Translations under genes and position numbers: made by a program
Shown: positions 11,061 through 24,394 of the stretch, in pieces
How positions within the stretch are numbered: the stretch's first letter is position 1
Layout of the letters: every line of letters starts with the position of its first letter
Assembly (NCBI GenBank): GCA_030390025.1
Contig: JASTWF010000033.1
Location: 6,698,001 to 6,746,723, forward strand
From: Squalus acanthias
Taxonomy: Eukaryota
Direction: 5' to 3'
DNA: 48,723 nucleotides
The notes under the pieces: generated by a model
Database searches by the model: none
Seen by the model: the letters and a program-made list of their open reading frames with translations, nothing else
What the model was told of the DNA's origin: nothing

Positions 11061-13319
11061 ATTAAACTGTCTCTGGTACACGACTTGTGGCTGTCATGTA
11101 AAAATTCACACTTCGGAGTTCATCACCTAATAAAAACTAATCAATAATTTAAACTGTTTCAGAGTAAATAATGATTTTTACAGTATATATAAGGTGACTG
11201 AAGTTATTGTGTTAAATTTCGGAGAACGTGAATACAGTTGATATCTTAGTTAAATAGAAGGCGTTAATTAATTCCAGCTAAACGTTGTGCCCCCAAACAC
11301 TTGCGAGTAGTCCTGTTGATCTCAGAATTTTGCCCTATTTAAAAAATAAATAGAACCATTTATTCGACCTGAATGAATTGGATTATATTTGGAAACGAAA
11401 AGCACCGTTTACATTTCGTAATTGACTGTGATCAAAAAGGGCCCAAGTCCAGGAAAATACTGGAGAGTCCTCCAGAACTCGATGACAACAATTGGAGACA
11501 TCTTCTGAGTGGACTGTGCCGACTGACCTCGGGTCAAAAAAACTTTAGTGCTCACACAAATGAATTCATAACATAAGTGGTATAGAACACCTCACAACTA
11601 CAAATGGGAAGAAATAATTTTAAATGAACACACTAAATCCTGTCTTCCCCTAACGAATAGAGTTAGACAGTGATTTCTACCTATAATGATAATATAATCA
11701 ATCAACTCATTGCTTTTGAATGTTTCCTCAGATTTTCAACTCCTCAGGATGCAATTTTTCAATTTCGGAAGCCTTCCACATATTCAGTGAAACAGTTTGT
11801 TGATGATGCTGTCGCTTAAGGCAGCAATGTTAGAAATTGGATAAAAACTTGGGCCTTCACAGATATTTTTTTGAAAATTGGCTCTATACTTTAAAAAATA
11901 AAAGATGAGTTGCCTGGATCCATTTAAGCTGAAATTTATTACATTAAATTCACATACACTTGATTGGAAAATATCATATACATGACTTTAATTGTATCAT
12001 TATCGTGGAAATGTTTTTTTACACTAACTTGATTGCAGCAAGATTTATAACAACCCAAATGTGCTTTGTACATTCGTAAAATGCACAAAGAATTAAACAA
12101 GAGTAAAAGAGAGTCTGGAGAATTTAAAGCTAAAGCATATAATGTGGTCTTTTTAATAAATTCGATCTTTTTTCAAATCACTTTTTCCTGAAATTTATTA
12201 AAAGAGATTAAGTCTGAAACGACTGTTGCGGTGGTTGACTCCACTCCGAAGGTTTCTGGAAAGTTTGCAAAACCATAAACACCATCTTATTTCTGTTCTC
12301 CCAAGTCATTAAAAATATAAGATCAGATCTGTAGAAGTGCTTGAGTATTAACAATCGAAATGTTGCTAAGTTGCAGTGCTGGATGTAAAGACATCGTGCT
12401 GTGTTAGATTTTTTTGTTAAGTTTCAGGACTCATGTTTTATTTTATGTTAATGATTTACTTGTTTTCGGCAGACATCAGAACAATATCATGAAGTGTAGG
12501 GGGAGCAGCGCCAAGCCTCTCAAAATCCCAGTTTTAACCTATTCGGAGTCCTTTATCCGCTTTCAACAGCAATGGCTCCAAGGGGTGAAACAAACCATGG
12601 CGGTTTGCTCGGAAGGGAACTGCTAACTGTCCGCATACTGAGTGCATGAGGTAACAATAGGATTATTGCACCAACAATTGGGGGAAAAAATCAGAGCACT
12701 AGGGGATCATGGGGGAGAATGTTATATTTTATGAAAACCAGAACCAACGGTTGAGGGGAAAAAGACACGCGGGTACACCCGCGAGAAACATACATCTGCC
12801 GGGAAAACCAAGGAACCGATGTCAATTATTAATCAAGGCACAATAAAGTGGAAATCAGGGAATAGGCAATAGTTAATTAACATTTTTCGCTTGGAGGTGG
12901 TTGTGATTTTGCCTATACAGATCAATAGGAAGAATGTATTTTACAGCTTTTATAGCAGGGTCAGTGAAACATTGACACCATGCAGGGGAGATTCTCATCA
13001 TTGACCTTCAGACACCACCAGCACAATCACCCCATCCCCCGATAATTTGCTAAGAAATCCTGGAAAATAAGGAAAGGCTTGTATGTGCTGTCACGTGTGG
13101 CTTGATATTGGGATACTGCTGTGTATTCAGATGTGAAATACTGCATATGAGGCAACCAGCATGCGGAATGCATGTAAAATCTACACATGCGCCTCAGCCA
13201 TGCTCAGTCATGTTGACAACACTCATAAATGGAAATCAAAATCAGGAGACATAGAAAACGGGCTGCTGATTTGCTATCTATAATTTTAGACGATCGCAAA
13301 AAGTTGAGATCTACGGATT

Positions 13320-13690
13320 ATTGTTCAAAAGTTAAGAAGTTGTGCCGAATCTTTGTAAATCACTGGATAGACATCGATTAGAGTATTGTGTCCAGTTCTG
13401 GGCACCACTTTTTAGGCCTAACATCAAAGCCTTAGCGACGATACAGAGCAGATTTACCAGAATGATACACGTGATAAGAGATTTCGATTAGGTGGAGAGA
13501 CTAGAGAAGCTGGATTTGTTCTCCTGAGAGCAGAGAATGTTAAGCGGAGATTTAATAGAAGCCTTTAAAATGATGAGAGATGTTGAGAGAGTAAATCGAG
13601 AGAAGCTGTTTCCACTGACAGGAGGGTCGGGAACGCGAGGACACAACTTTAAGATCATTGGTAAATGAACAAGATGAAGAGATGTGTTTT
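13320..13690 (+). mobile_element. CR1 ORF2 C-terminal fragment
   Basis: GAGTATTGTGTCCAGTTCTGG (EYCVQFW), RLEKLDLFS and GDLIEAFK motifs. Confidence 0.85.
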
Positions 13691-13699
13691 GCACAGCTA

Positions 13700-13985
13700 C
13701 CCACGGACCCGCTCTCGTCTCATTTCCACTATCTTTGCGAAGCAGAGCAGGAATGTGCTCTCCGGTAGCCTGGGTCCAATAATTATCGCTCAACCAACAT
13801 CACTAAAGAACACAAGATTGTCTGCTTTTTATCACATTGTTTCTTTCCGGGCACTTGCTGTGATAAAATTGGCTGCCATGACATTGTAACAGTGACTACA
13901 TTTGAAAAAGTACTTCATTGGCTGTAAAGCTCTTTGGGAGGTCCTGAAGTCCTGAAAGGCGCTTTAGAAATGCAATTCTTTCTTT
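13700..13985 (+). mobile_element. Deu-domain SINE (SacSINE1/AmnSINE1-like), 3' part with L2-like tail
   Basis: AAATTGGCTGCC, CAGTGACTACA..AAAAGTACTTCATTGGCTGTAAAGC and GAAAGGCGCT..AAATGCAA tail; recognised from memory of the family consensus. Confidence 0.75.
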
Positions 13986-14589
13986 GTTTCTTCCCTCCGC
14001 TTTCCCAGTGTTTCATTCCTGAATTCTCTAGACGTTTCTATATTCTAGCTTTTCTCGGAGTGATTATTTGCAGGTACATGGTAGAGGCTTCCTGCACATG
14101 ACCGGAGTATACCGCAGCCGCGCATGCGCAGTACGCCACATTTGCAGCCTGCAGTGCAACGTGTGCCACCATTTCCTCAAACCCCGTGGGAGAAGGCCCG
14201 TCGCTGGATCCGTGCTGCCCGGGGAGAGGGGGATTCGGAGGGGAGATTTAGCACTCATTGTAGAAGTAGGAAAATGTGGAAAATTTCAGGTTAGGACCGC
14301 ATGCACTGAAGTGTAGTCGGCACCGAGTTCAATTTGGGTTGGACACTGTAGAAAGCCAGTGTCGCTGTGATACACCCCGCACCCTGTGGTGCATATATAA
14401 TTCCAGGGAGTGCCCATGCTGAGCTCCATGCAGAATCTGAGCCTCGGGGGCCATCGAGAAAGATGGTGATCTTCGATGGGCAGCAATAATTGCAAGCGGC
14501 TCTGGCATCTTTCGCAGCCGTGATGTCTGCCAATGTTCACAGAATGGAGGATGCCGTCTCCAACATGAGCACCACCATGTGGAAGCAGT

Positions 14590-14720
14590 AAGCTATAGAC
14601 AGAGCAATGCAATCTCACAATGAACGGATCAGATCAAAGCTCTGCAGTCCTGCCACATCCGGTCATGAATGGTGGTGGACAATTAAACATCTAACGGGAG
14701 GAGAGGCTCCATGAATATCG
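14590..14720 (+). mobile_element. LINE ORF2 linker fragment (second CR1/L2-clade family)
   Basis: Encodes RIRSKLCSPATSGHEWWWTIKHLTGG; appears to be the same family as 36204-37345. Confidence 0.65.
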
Positions 14721-14724
14721 TGAC

Positions 14725-16200
14725 ATGCACAGTTTTATAATCTAAAGGAACGGTTTCTGAATCGAGGGAATTTTGAAGATTATTATTAGGGGATATTCGC
14801 AACTTTAAAATCCTGCGATGGAAACCATCTGGTCCTGGGGATTTGTCACTCTTTAGTATCATTATTTTCTGCATTACTTTTATTTTATTTACGGTAATTT
14901 TATTGGGTGCCTGTCTCTGATTAAAGTTCCTTTGGGATTTCTGGCATGCTATCCTTTTCCTCTCCTTTAAATACTGACGCAAAGTAATTAATCAATATGT
15001 TTGCCGTTTCCTTATTATCATTGATAATATCACCGCTTTCAGTTTTTTAGCTCCCAACATTGCTCCTGAGTACATGCTTTTTACTAAAATTATTGTGAAG
15101 ACATTTTCAGCTGATTTTCATATTCCTTGCAAGTTTCCTTTCAAACTCCCTTTCTGTCTCTCTAATTATCGGTTTTGTGATGCATTGTTGTTCTTTGTAT
15201 CTTTCCCATTCGCCAGGATCTCTGTAACACTTGGAATTTTTGAATGATTTTATTTTAGTTTTGTGCTCTTCCGTTCCTTTTTAGTCAGTCATGGCTGTTT
15301 ATTTTTGCAAGTATAGTTCTTTCCCCTTAGGTGTATAAGCTGGTTCATTATCACATTATATTATTTATTGAACATCCCCCATTTTCTTCTGTCGTTTTAC
15401 ACATTCACAGATTGGCCCAGTTTAATGTGGACATTGTTTGTCTCATTACTTTGATGTCGGCCTTACCCAAATCTAGAATCTTATCTGGTTTACGTTTATC
15501 CCTTTCAAACGCTGCTTTGAAGTCGATCATGTTATGATTGCTATTGGACAAGTGTTCACGCACAGTTAGGCTGTTAACTAAATTTGGTTCATTACTGATT
15601 ACCACATCTAATATGGCTCACTTGTTGACTCTAGGACGTATTGTTGTAGAAAACTATCCCAGGCACAGTCAATAAATTGACTACCTTTCCGATAGGTACT
15701 AGTCTTCTTATCCTAATCCACATGAAAGTTAAAATCCCCCATTAAAACCACTCTGCCTTTACCACACGCGTGACTAATCCCTGCATTTATACAATCTAGC
15801 ACTTCACAGCTGTTACCAGGAGGCATATACACAACTCCCACAACAGTCTTAAAACCTGTCCTATTTCTTAATTCTATCTATAAAGTCTCCACCACCTGCT
15901 TTCGTCTCGTTATATCCGCTCTTATCATTGAATTAATTTCATTCCTAATCACTAAGGCTACATTTCCCGTCACCATTTTCCCTATCCTTCCTGTAGACCT
16001 TCTAACCTGTTTTATTTATATCCAAATCCTGACCGTCTGGCATCCGTGACTCAGTAATGGCTACCATATAATTTCTTCCAAGATAAATTTGCGCCTGCAG
16101 TTCATACAATTTATTCCTTAAACCCCGTGCTTTTGTACAAAGAATGTTGATTTGAGCCACACACCCTAACCTGTCCTTCAGCTCTAATGTGCGATCAAGC
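14725..16200 (-). mobile_element. Decayed CR1 ORF2 (APE to pre-RT)
   Basis: ARGLRNKLYEL..VAITES, EHLSNSNHNMI and DKSPGPDGFH motifs. Confidence 0.85.
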
Positions 16201-16204
16201 GCCA

Positions 16205-16708
16205 CTTACTCCACAATTACCTGCTCACCGATGCTCAGACTGGGTTCTGCCTGAACCACTCAGCTCCAGACCGCATAATAGCCTTGGGCCAAACATGGAC
16301 AAAAGAGCTGAATTCGAGATGTGATGTGTGAGTGACCGCCCTTGATATCTACCATCTACAAGATGCACTGCAGCAACTCGCCAAGATTTCTTCGACAGCA
16401 CCTCACAAACGCGCAACCTTTATCATCTAGAAGGACAGGAGCAGCAGGCGCATTGGAAAATCCATCACCTCCTGTTTCCCCTCCAAGTCACAAACCATCA
16501 CGACTCTGAAATTTATTTTCCTGCCTTTATCGTCGCTGCATCCGAATCCAGGAACACCCTCGCTAACAGCGCTGTGGGAGAACCTTCACGAAACGGACTG
16601 CAGTGCTTCATAAGGAAGGCGCACCTCCATATTCCCAAGGGCAATTTGGGATGGTCAATAGATGCTGGCCTTGTCAGCGATGCTCACATCCCAGGAATGA
16701 AAAAAAAC
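16205..16708 (+). mobile_element. Internally deleted LINE (RT piece fused to the 3' end with an A-tail) within the minus-strand CR1
   Basis: 16220-16345 matches 36690-36820; ends CACATCCCAGGAATGAAAAAAAA. Confidence 0.75.
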
Positions 16709-17230
16709 AGGACCGCTTTCCTACTCTTCCCGAAGTTGTTGTTCCCAACATTGACCACAACGACTGGCTCCTGTCCCTCCCTCCCCCATAGACTTTCAAG
16801 CCGGATCGAGATGTCCCTCACCCTGGCACCAGGTAGGCAACATACCACGTGGGACTCTCGATCCTGCTTACAAAAGATGTTCACAAAGGAGACTCCTCCC
16901 CCTTCCTTACGTGTCGGAATGTCTCCAACTCACGCTCCAGCTCAATGACTCTAAGCCGGAGAGATCCGACACAGAGACATCTACTGCAGATGTGCTTGCT
17001 CGGGACAGACTCGCTGTCCACAACTTCCCACATACTGCAGTCCAGACACACAACCTGCTCGCCCATATCTTAGTCTGGATTATTTATATTATTTATATCT
17101 ACCTAAATGTGTTTTCATTTTTTAAAACATTAACTTGCACTAAGTACGAAAACACTTGATGAAATATAAATGCCTCTAATTATTAGACTGTTATCTAAAC
17201 TTAACAGAAATAAACTCAAGACTTAAGGTT
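16709..17230 (-). mobile_element. CR1 ORF1 (zinc finger and start of esterase) plus 5'UTR remnant
   Basis: MGEQVVCLDCSMWE..HICSRC..RLRVIELE; VCCLPGARVRDI; VVVNVGNNN. Confidence 0.88.
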
Positions 17231-17239
17231 CTAATAAAT

Positions 17240-17560
17240 AAGGAGAAACTGTTTGCTGTGGCAGAAGGGTCGGTAACCAGAGGACTCTTATTTAAGGTGA
17301 ATGGACAAAGAACCAGAGGCAACATGCGGAAAAACTCTTTATGCAGCAAGATGCTGTGATCTGGCCTGCACTGCCTGAAAGGGCGGTGGAAGAAGATTTA
17401 GTCATAAATTTCAAAAGGGAATTGGTAAAAAAACTTGAAGGGGAAATTTTGCAGGGCTATGGGGAAAGAGCGGGGGCGTTGAATTAATTGGAAAAGCTCT
17501 TTCAAAGAGCCGGCACAGGCACGTTGGGCCGAAAGCTCTCCTTCTGTGTTGTATGATTCT
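17240..17560 (+). mobile_element. CR1 3' end fragment
   Basis: GCACTGCCTGAAAGGGCGGTGGAAG; GGGCCGAA..CCTTCTGTGTTGTATGATTCTAT tail. Confidence 0.85.
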
Positions 17561-18297
17561 ATCGAGCTATGAGTTGCCAACCAGCCCGGCCGTTCCTGAG
17601 TGTTTCTACACCCATCACTTACTTCAAGTGTTTCCTGGTCTCCCCACCCGTGTCGGGGCTTCCTGCCCCGTTGCTCACCCATCCCAAGTGCTTGACAGCC
17701 TGCCCGCCTGCCCGGGCAGATTTGCTTTCTGCCCAAACTACTCGCCCACCCATCGACAAGCAGAACCCGCGCTCTTACCATCCCCACTAACTCTCCACCC
17801 ACACTGCCTCCCAACCTCCCTGCATGCCCGGCCCCAGAGCTTTTTTCCAGCTGTATAAGTGAGGCCTCACCAGGGCCTGGTGTCTCACAAAATCGATCCG
17901 CCGCACATCTCATAAATGCTCTTTGTTCCATAGTTTTTAATCCAATTCCGTCCCTGTTTCTGCCTTTTCCCCTGAATTCCAATGGATATTGCTTTAATTA
18001 GGGCTCATTCTATATGAACCTGCCGTTACTGTACCCGCTGCCCTGTACTCCTCCTCTCTGGTTTATTTCTACAATGTCTTATTGATGCCTTCTGACACCT
18101 GGAGATTAAGGGGCTGATTCTTCCCGGCTGCTAATGATAGGAAGTAAGAGGGAGACGATTAACACTGGGCCAATGACCTATTTACATCACTCCAGGATTA
18201 CCTGGGCTTTCCCCAAAGTTGAGGACCTGTGCCTGGACCTCAGAGAGCTAGCATTCCCATGGAAACAAGGCAGCAGCGAGGCATTCTTGGTTCTTCA

Positions 18298-19315
18298 TTG
18301 AATCATAGAATGGTTACAGCTGTTCGGCGCGTCGAACCCGTGCCGGCTCTCTGCCAGGGCAGTTCAGCTAGTACCACTCCCCCGCCCTTACCCCGTAGCC
18401 CTGCTTTTTTTTTAACCCAACTCCCTTTTGAAAGCCTCGATTCAATATACCTCCACCACCCTTTCAGACAGGGCATTCCAGATCCAAACCACTTGCTATG
18501 TAAAAAATGTCTTCCTCATGTCGTTTTTGATTCTTTTGAAATTCATCTTGACTCTGGGTACTCTGGTTCTCGAATCTTCGGCCAATGGGTAATGTTTCTC
18601 TCAACCTCCTCTGTCTAGACTCCTAATAACTTTAAACAACTCTATCAAATCTCCTCTCAACCGTCTGTGCTCTGATGAGAATAAACCAATCTTCTATAAC
18701 CTATACACATAACTGAAGTCCCTCATACCTGGAATCATTCTCGTAAATCTTGTCTGCACCCTCTCTTCATATCCCTCCTAAATTGCGGTGCCTTGAATTG
18801 GACACAATACTCTAGTTGAGGCCGAACCAGTATTTTAAAAAGCTTCATCATAACTTCCTTGTTTTTATTCTATGCCTATATTTATGAAGCCAAGTAGCCC
18901 GCACGATTTTTTAACCACATTCTCAACCTGCCCTGCCAACTTCAACAATGTTTGCACATATAACCCCAGGTCTCTCCGTTCATGCATAAACTTTATTTTT
19001 GTAAAATTTAGTTTATATCACCTCTCCTCGTTCTTCCTACCAAAATGTATCGCTTCGCACTTTTCTGCGTTAAATTTCATTTGCCACGTGTCCGCCAATT
19101 TCACCAGCCAATCTATATCTTCTTGAGGTCTATCACTATCCTCCTCACAGTTCACTATATGTTCAAGTTTCGTGTCCTCTGCAAATTTTGCAATTGTGCC
19201 CTGTACTGCCAAGTCCAAGTCATTAATATATATCAACAAAGCAGTGGTCCTAGTACCGACCCCTGGGAACACCACTGTAAACCTTCAACCAGCCCGATAA
19301 ACAACCGATGGTCAT
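18298..19315 (-). mobile_element. CR1 3' part (RT C-terminal half to tail)
   Basis: IYINDLD..KFAEDTKL and WQMKFNAEKCEAIHFG; GAATCATAGAATGG tail on +. Confidence 0.9.
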
Positions 19316-19394
19316 TGTTTCTTTTTAAGCCTTAAGTTTATTTCCGTTAAGTTATTTGAAAAAAGGAAGTTAGTTAATAGTCGAATAAATAAAA

Positions 19395-19700
19395 GCATGG
19401 CAGGCCAGCTCGGTCCAGCGGAATGCACATCCTGTGCCATGTGGGAAATCCAGGATTCATCCGTGTCCTGACAACTGCGTCTGCAGGAGCTGTCGTCAGC
19501 TGGAGGAGCTCCAACTCCGGGTTTCAGAGCTTGAGCAGCAGATGGCGTCATTCAGATTGAAAATAAAAGTGAGAACCAGGCTGAATATAGAGAGTTCAGA
19601 GGGGCGGTGAAAAAGAATATAAGAGGGCAAATAGAGAATATGAGAATAAACTGGCAACTTACATAAAAGGGATTCCAAAAGTTATCTATACGCATATAAG
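19395..19700 (+). mobile_element. CR1 fragments (ORF1 N-terminus joined to an ORF2 linker piece)
   Basis: MAGQLGPAECTSCAMWE at 19397; REYENKLATYIKGIPK at ~19635. Confidence 0.75.
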
Positions 19701-22700
19701 AATATAAGAACATAAGAAGATAAGAATTAGGAGCAGGAGTAGGCAATACGACCCTTCGGGCCTGCTCCACCATTCAATAGGATCATGACTCATCCGAACC
19801 TAGACTCACGTCCACTTCCCTGCCCGCTCCCCATAACCCTTAATTTCTTTATCAGCTAGGAAACTGTCTATCTCCGTTTTAAATTTATTTAAAGTCGCAG
19901 CTTCCACAGCTCTCTGAGGTAGCAAATTCCATAGATTTACTACCCTCTGAGTGAAGAAGTTTCTACTCATCTCAGTTTTTAAACGGCAGCCCCTTATTCT
20001 AAGATTATGCCCCCTAGTTCTAGTCTCACCCATCCGTGGAAACATCCTCCCCGCCTCCACCCGATCAAGTCCCCATCACAATCTTATATGTTTCGATAAG
20101 ATCGCCTCTCATTCTTCTGTATTCCAATGAGTAGAGGCCCAACCTACTCAACCTTTCTTCATAGGTCAACCCTCTCATCTCCGGAATCAACCGAGTGAAC
20201 CTTCTCTGAACTGCCTCTAGAGCAAGTATATCTTTTCTTAAATATGGAAACCAAAACTGTATTTAGTACTCCAGGTGTGGCCTCACCAGTACGCTGTATA
20301 GGTGAAGCAAGTCTTCCCTGCTTTAATACTCCATCCGCCTTGCAATAAAAGCCAAGATTCCATTGGCCATCCTGATCACCTGCTGTACCTGCATACTAAA
20401 CTTCTGTTTTTCATGCAACAGGACCCCCAGATCCCTTTGTACTGTAGCACTTTGCAGTTTCTTTCCATTTAGATAATAACTTGCTCTTTGATTTTTTCTG
20501 CCAAAGTGCTTAACTCACACTTTCCAACATTATATTCCATCTGCCAAATTTCCGCCCACTCACTTAACCTGTCTATGACGTTTTGCAGGTGTTTTATGTC
20601 CTCCTCACTCACTGCTTTCCCTCCCATCTTTGTATCGTCTGCAAACTGGGATACGTTCCACTTGGTCCCCTCCTCCAAATCGTTAATATAGATTGTAAAG
20701 AGTTGGGGTCCCAGCACTGACCCCTGTGGAACACCACTAGTTACTGATTGCCAACACGAGAATGAACCATTTATCCCAACTCTCTGTTTTCTGTTAGATA
20801 GAAGATCTTCCACTCATGCCAGTATATTACCCCCAATCCCGTGATTTTTTATCTTGTGCAGTAATCTTTTGTGTGGTACCTTGTCAAATGCCTTTTGGAA
20901 GTCCAAAGACACTACATCCACTGGTTCCCCTTTATCCATTTGTTTGTTACGTCCTCAAATAATTCGAGCAAATTTGTCAAGCATGATTTCCCCTTCATAA
21001 AACCATGCTGACTGTGTCCGATTAAGTTATGCCTATCCAAATGTCCTGTTAATGCTTCCTTAATAATGGACTCCAACATTTTACCAACCCCAGATATCAG
21101 GCTAACTGGTCTATAGTTTCCAGCCTTTTGTCTACCTCCCTTTTTAAATAAGGGCGTTACATTAGCAGTTTTCCAATCTGCTGGGATCTTTCCCGAATCC
21201 GGGGAGTTTTGGAAAATTACCACCAATGCATCCGCAATCCCTACCGCTGCTTCTCTCAAGACCCTAGGATGTAAGCCATCAGGTCCAGGGGATTTATCCG
21301 CCTTAAGTCCCATTATCTTACCGAGTACCATCTCCTTAGTGATTTTAATCGTGTTTAGCTCCTCCCCCGCTATAGCCCCCCGTGTGTCCAGTGTTGGGAT
21401 ATATTTAGTATCCTCTACTGTAAAGACTGATACAAAATATTTGTTCAGCGTATTTGCCATCTCCGTTTTCCCCATTACTAATTTCCCGATCTCGTCCTCT
21501 AAGGGACCAACATTCACTTTAGCCACCCTTTTTCTTTTTATATAACTGTAGATACTCTTGCTGTCTGTTTTTATATTTTTTGCTAGTTAACTTTCATAAT
21601 CTATCTTCCCCTTCTTAATTAATCGTTTAGTTATTCTTTGCTGGCTTTTAATGCTTCCCAATCTTCTATCCTCCCACTAGATTTGGCTACTTTATAGGCC
21701 CTTGTTTTCAGTCGGATACTATCCTTTATTACTTTACTTGGCCACGGATGGCTGTCTTTTCTTTTACGCCCCTTTTTCCTCAGTGGAATATATTTTTCTT
21801 GAAAGTTGTGAAATACCTCCTTGAATATACACCACTGCTCCTGTACCGTCTTACACCTTAATTTATTTTCCCAGTCCAATTTAGTCAACTCTGCTCTCAT
21901 ACCTTCATAGTCTCCTTTATTTAAGCTTAGTAAGCTGGTTTGAGATCCAACTCTCTCACCCTGCAAATGAATTTGGAATTCAACCATGTTATGGTCACTT
22001 ATTCCAAGGAGATCCTTTACTAGGACATTTTTTTATTAATCCTGTCTCATTACACAGGACCAGATCTAAGATTGCCTGCCCCCTGGTTTGTTCAGTAACA
22101 TACTGCTCAAGGAACCCGTCCCTAATGCACTCTATGAACTCTTCCTCAAGGCTGTCCTGCCCAATTTGATTTGTCCAGTCAATATGAAAGTTAAAATATC
22201 CCATGATTATAGCTGTTCCCTTATTACAAGCCCCAACTATTTCCTGATTTATACTCCGACCAATAGAGTTACAACTGTTAGGAGGCCTATAGACTACGCC
22301 CACTAGTGACTTTTTCCCCTTATTTTTCCTTATCAAAACCCAAACTGATTCACTATCCTGATCCTTTGACCCAATATCATGTCTCACTATTCCATCCTTT
22401 ATTAACATAGCCAGCCCACCTCCCTTTCCTTCCTGTCTGTCCTTCCTAATAGTCAAATACCCCTGGAAGTTTGGTTCCCAGTCATGGTCACCTCGCAGCC
22501 ATGTTTCTGTAATGGCCACCAGATCATACCCATGTGTCGTTATTTGTACCGTTAACTCGTCTATTTTGTTACGAATGCTGCGTGCATTCAGATAAAGAAC
22601 TTTTAAACATGTTTTTTGACATTCGCCAGGATTTCTAGTCCCAGCACTGGCCAAGTGAAGCCCGTCCCAACGGAGCAGCTCTCTCCCGTCCCAGTACTGG

Positions 22701-24230
22701 AGCCAGTGTTCCAAGAAGCAAAACCCATTTCTCCCACACCAGTCTTTGAGACACGCATTTAACTCTCTGATTTTATTTACCTTAGCCAAATTTGCTCGTG
22801 GCTCAGGTAGTAATCCAGAGATTATTACCCTTGTGGTTCTGCTTTTTAATTTGGCCCCTAGCTGCTCATACTCCCTCAGCAGAACCTTTTTCCTTGTCCT
22901 ATCTATGTCGTTGGTAGCAACATGGACCACGACAACTGGATCCTCCTCCTCCTATTCCAAGTTTCTCTCCAGTCCAGAGGAGATGTCCTTAACCCTGGCA
23001 CCGGGCAGGCAACACAACCTTCGGGACTCTCGCTCTTGGTGCAAAGAACCCTATCTATCCCCCTTATGATACTATCCCCTACAACTACAACATTTCTTTT
23101 TAACTACCCCACTTGAATGGCCCCCCGTTCCACGGTGCTGTGGCCAGGTTGCTCGTCCTCCCTGCAGTCCCTGCTCCCGTCCTAACAGGGAGTAAGAGCC
23201 TCGAACCTGTTGGACAAGAGCAAGGGCTGCGGCTCCTCCAACACTACCTCCTGGATCCCCGTACCTGCCTCACTCATAGTCACACCCTCCTATCCCTGAC
23301 CACGGACTACATCTGAGTTAGTTAATCTAATTGGTGTGACTACTTCCTGGAACACAGAGTCCAGGTAACTCTCCCCCTCCCTGATGTGTCGCAGTGTTTG
23401 AAGTTCGGACTCCAGCTCATCAACACGGAGCCGGAGTTCCTCGAGCAGCCAACACTTACTGCAAATGTGATCACCGTGAGCATCAATGGTGTCCACCAGC
23501 TCCCACATATTGCAGCAGTAACATATCACCTGCTCTCCCATTCTATGTAATTAATTAAATGTATTAATATTTTTTAAATACCCTCTGCCCCGCCTGATGA
23601 ATATCACACCTTAGAAACTATAAACCACAGAGAGAAATACTCACCAACCAATTACTTACCAGCTTTCTGGTGATGTCACACCTCGATTATTTTTACCTCT
23701 CTCCCTCCCTCCGAGTTCGGAGACTGGTCCCGCCTTACCTGGTCTCTGGAGCCTTTTAAAACCTCTGCCGCCGCCTCGTCTCACGCAGGTCCGCCGCCGC
23801 ACCAGGAAGCTGACAAAGATGGAAAAAGGAAGGAACACCTCCCTCCCCTCACTCCTCACTCACTCACTCACTCACTCACTCACCAAACTCGCAGCTTAAC
23901 AATCTGTTCCAATCTGCACTCCGTGACCAACTGCACTCTAGTCTCCCTTATTTATACTACTAAGATTTAAATAAGTGAGCTCTCTGGCAGTTACAGAACC
24001 CGATTAGACCAGTTTATTAATTAATTACTCTCACCTGCTCTCCATCACAGAGCATGCTTAGCCCTGCCCAAGCCTGGAAGAAACTTAAAACTTGAAACAG
24101 TAAATTTAAATGCTAATTGCAAGCACACAAAACTAGAATTTATAAAAATAAGAGATTAACCTTTAAGATTTACTCCCTCACTCACCAAACTCGCAGCTTA
24201 ACACTCTGTTCCAATCTGTAACTCGTTGAA
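19700..24230 (-). mobile_element. Near-full-length CR1 LINE (5'UTR, ORF1, APE, RT, tail) with frameshifts and a deletion at the ORF1/ORF2 junction
   Basis: ORFs 23290-23541, 21995-22930, 21631-21987, 20912-21526, 20469-20813 (SGVPQGSVLGP, FADDTK) and 19806-20060 lie in collinear order; (AAGAACAT)n tail at ~19700. Confidence 0.95.
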
Positions 24231-24394
24231 TAAACCTGGATCGCAAATCAGTGACTGGAATTTCCCTTCCTTCTTCCTTCCTCTTTGTGATTGGCACCGA
24301 AATATAGACTAGCGGGAAAACAAATGATTAGGGAGCAGAAAAATAACTTTATCGTTTAGGAAGAAATAGAATTTCAAACATATTTATCAACCTT

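Noticed and set aside
10278..11081. 267-aa and 124-aa Ser/Leu-rich ORFs
   Set aside because: Translations of the GATA/GA microsatellite
12768..12783. Short CpG-rich hairpin CGCGGGT-AC-ACCCGCG
   Set aside because: Too short to distinguish from chance in 49 kb
14120..14129. Perfect NRF1-type palindrome GCGCATGCGC in a CpG-richer patch
   Set aside because: A single short motif with no associated gene or TSS evidence; possibly part of an unrecognised repeat
17398..17982. 194-aa minus-strand ORF
   Set aside because: No recognisable domain; it spans low-complexity purine-rich sequence and an antisense CR1 tail
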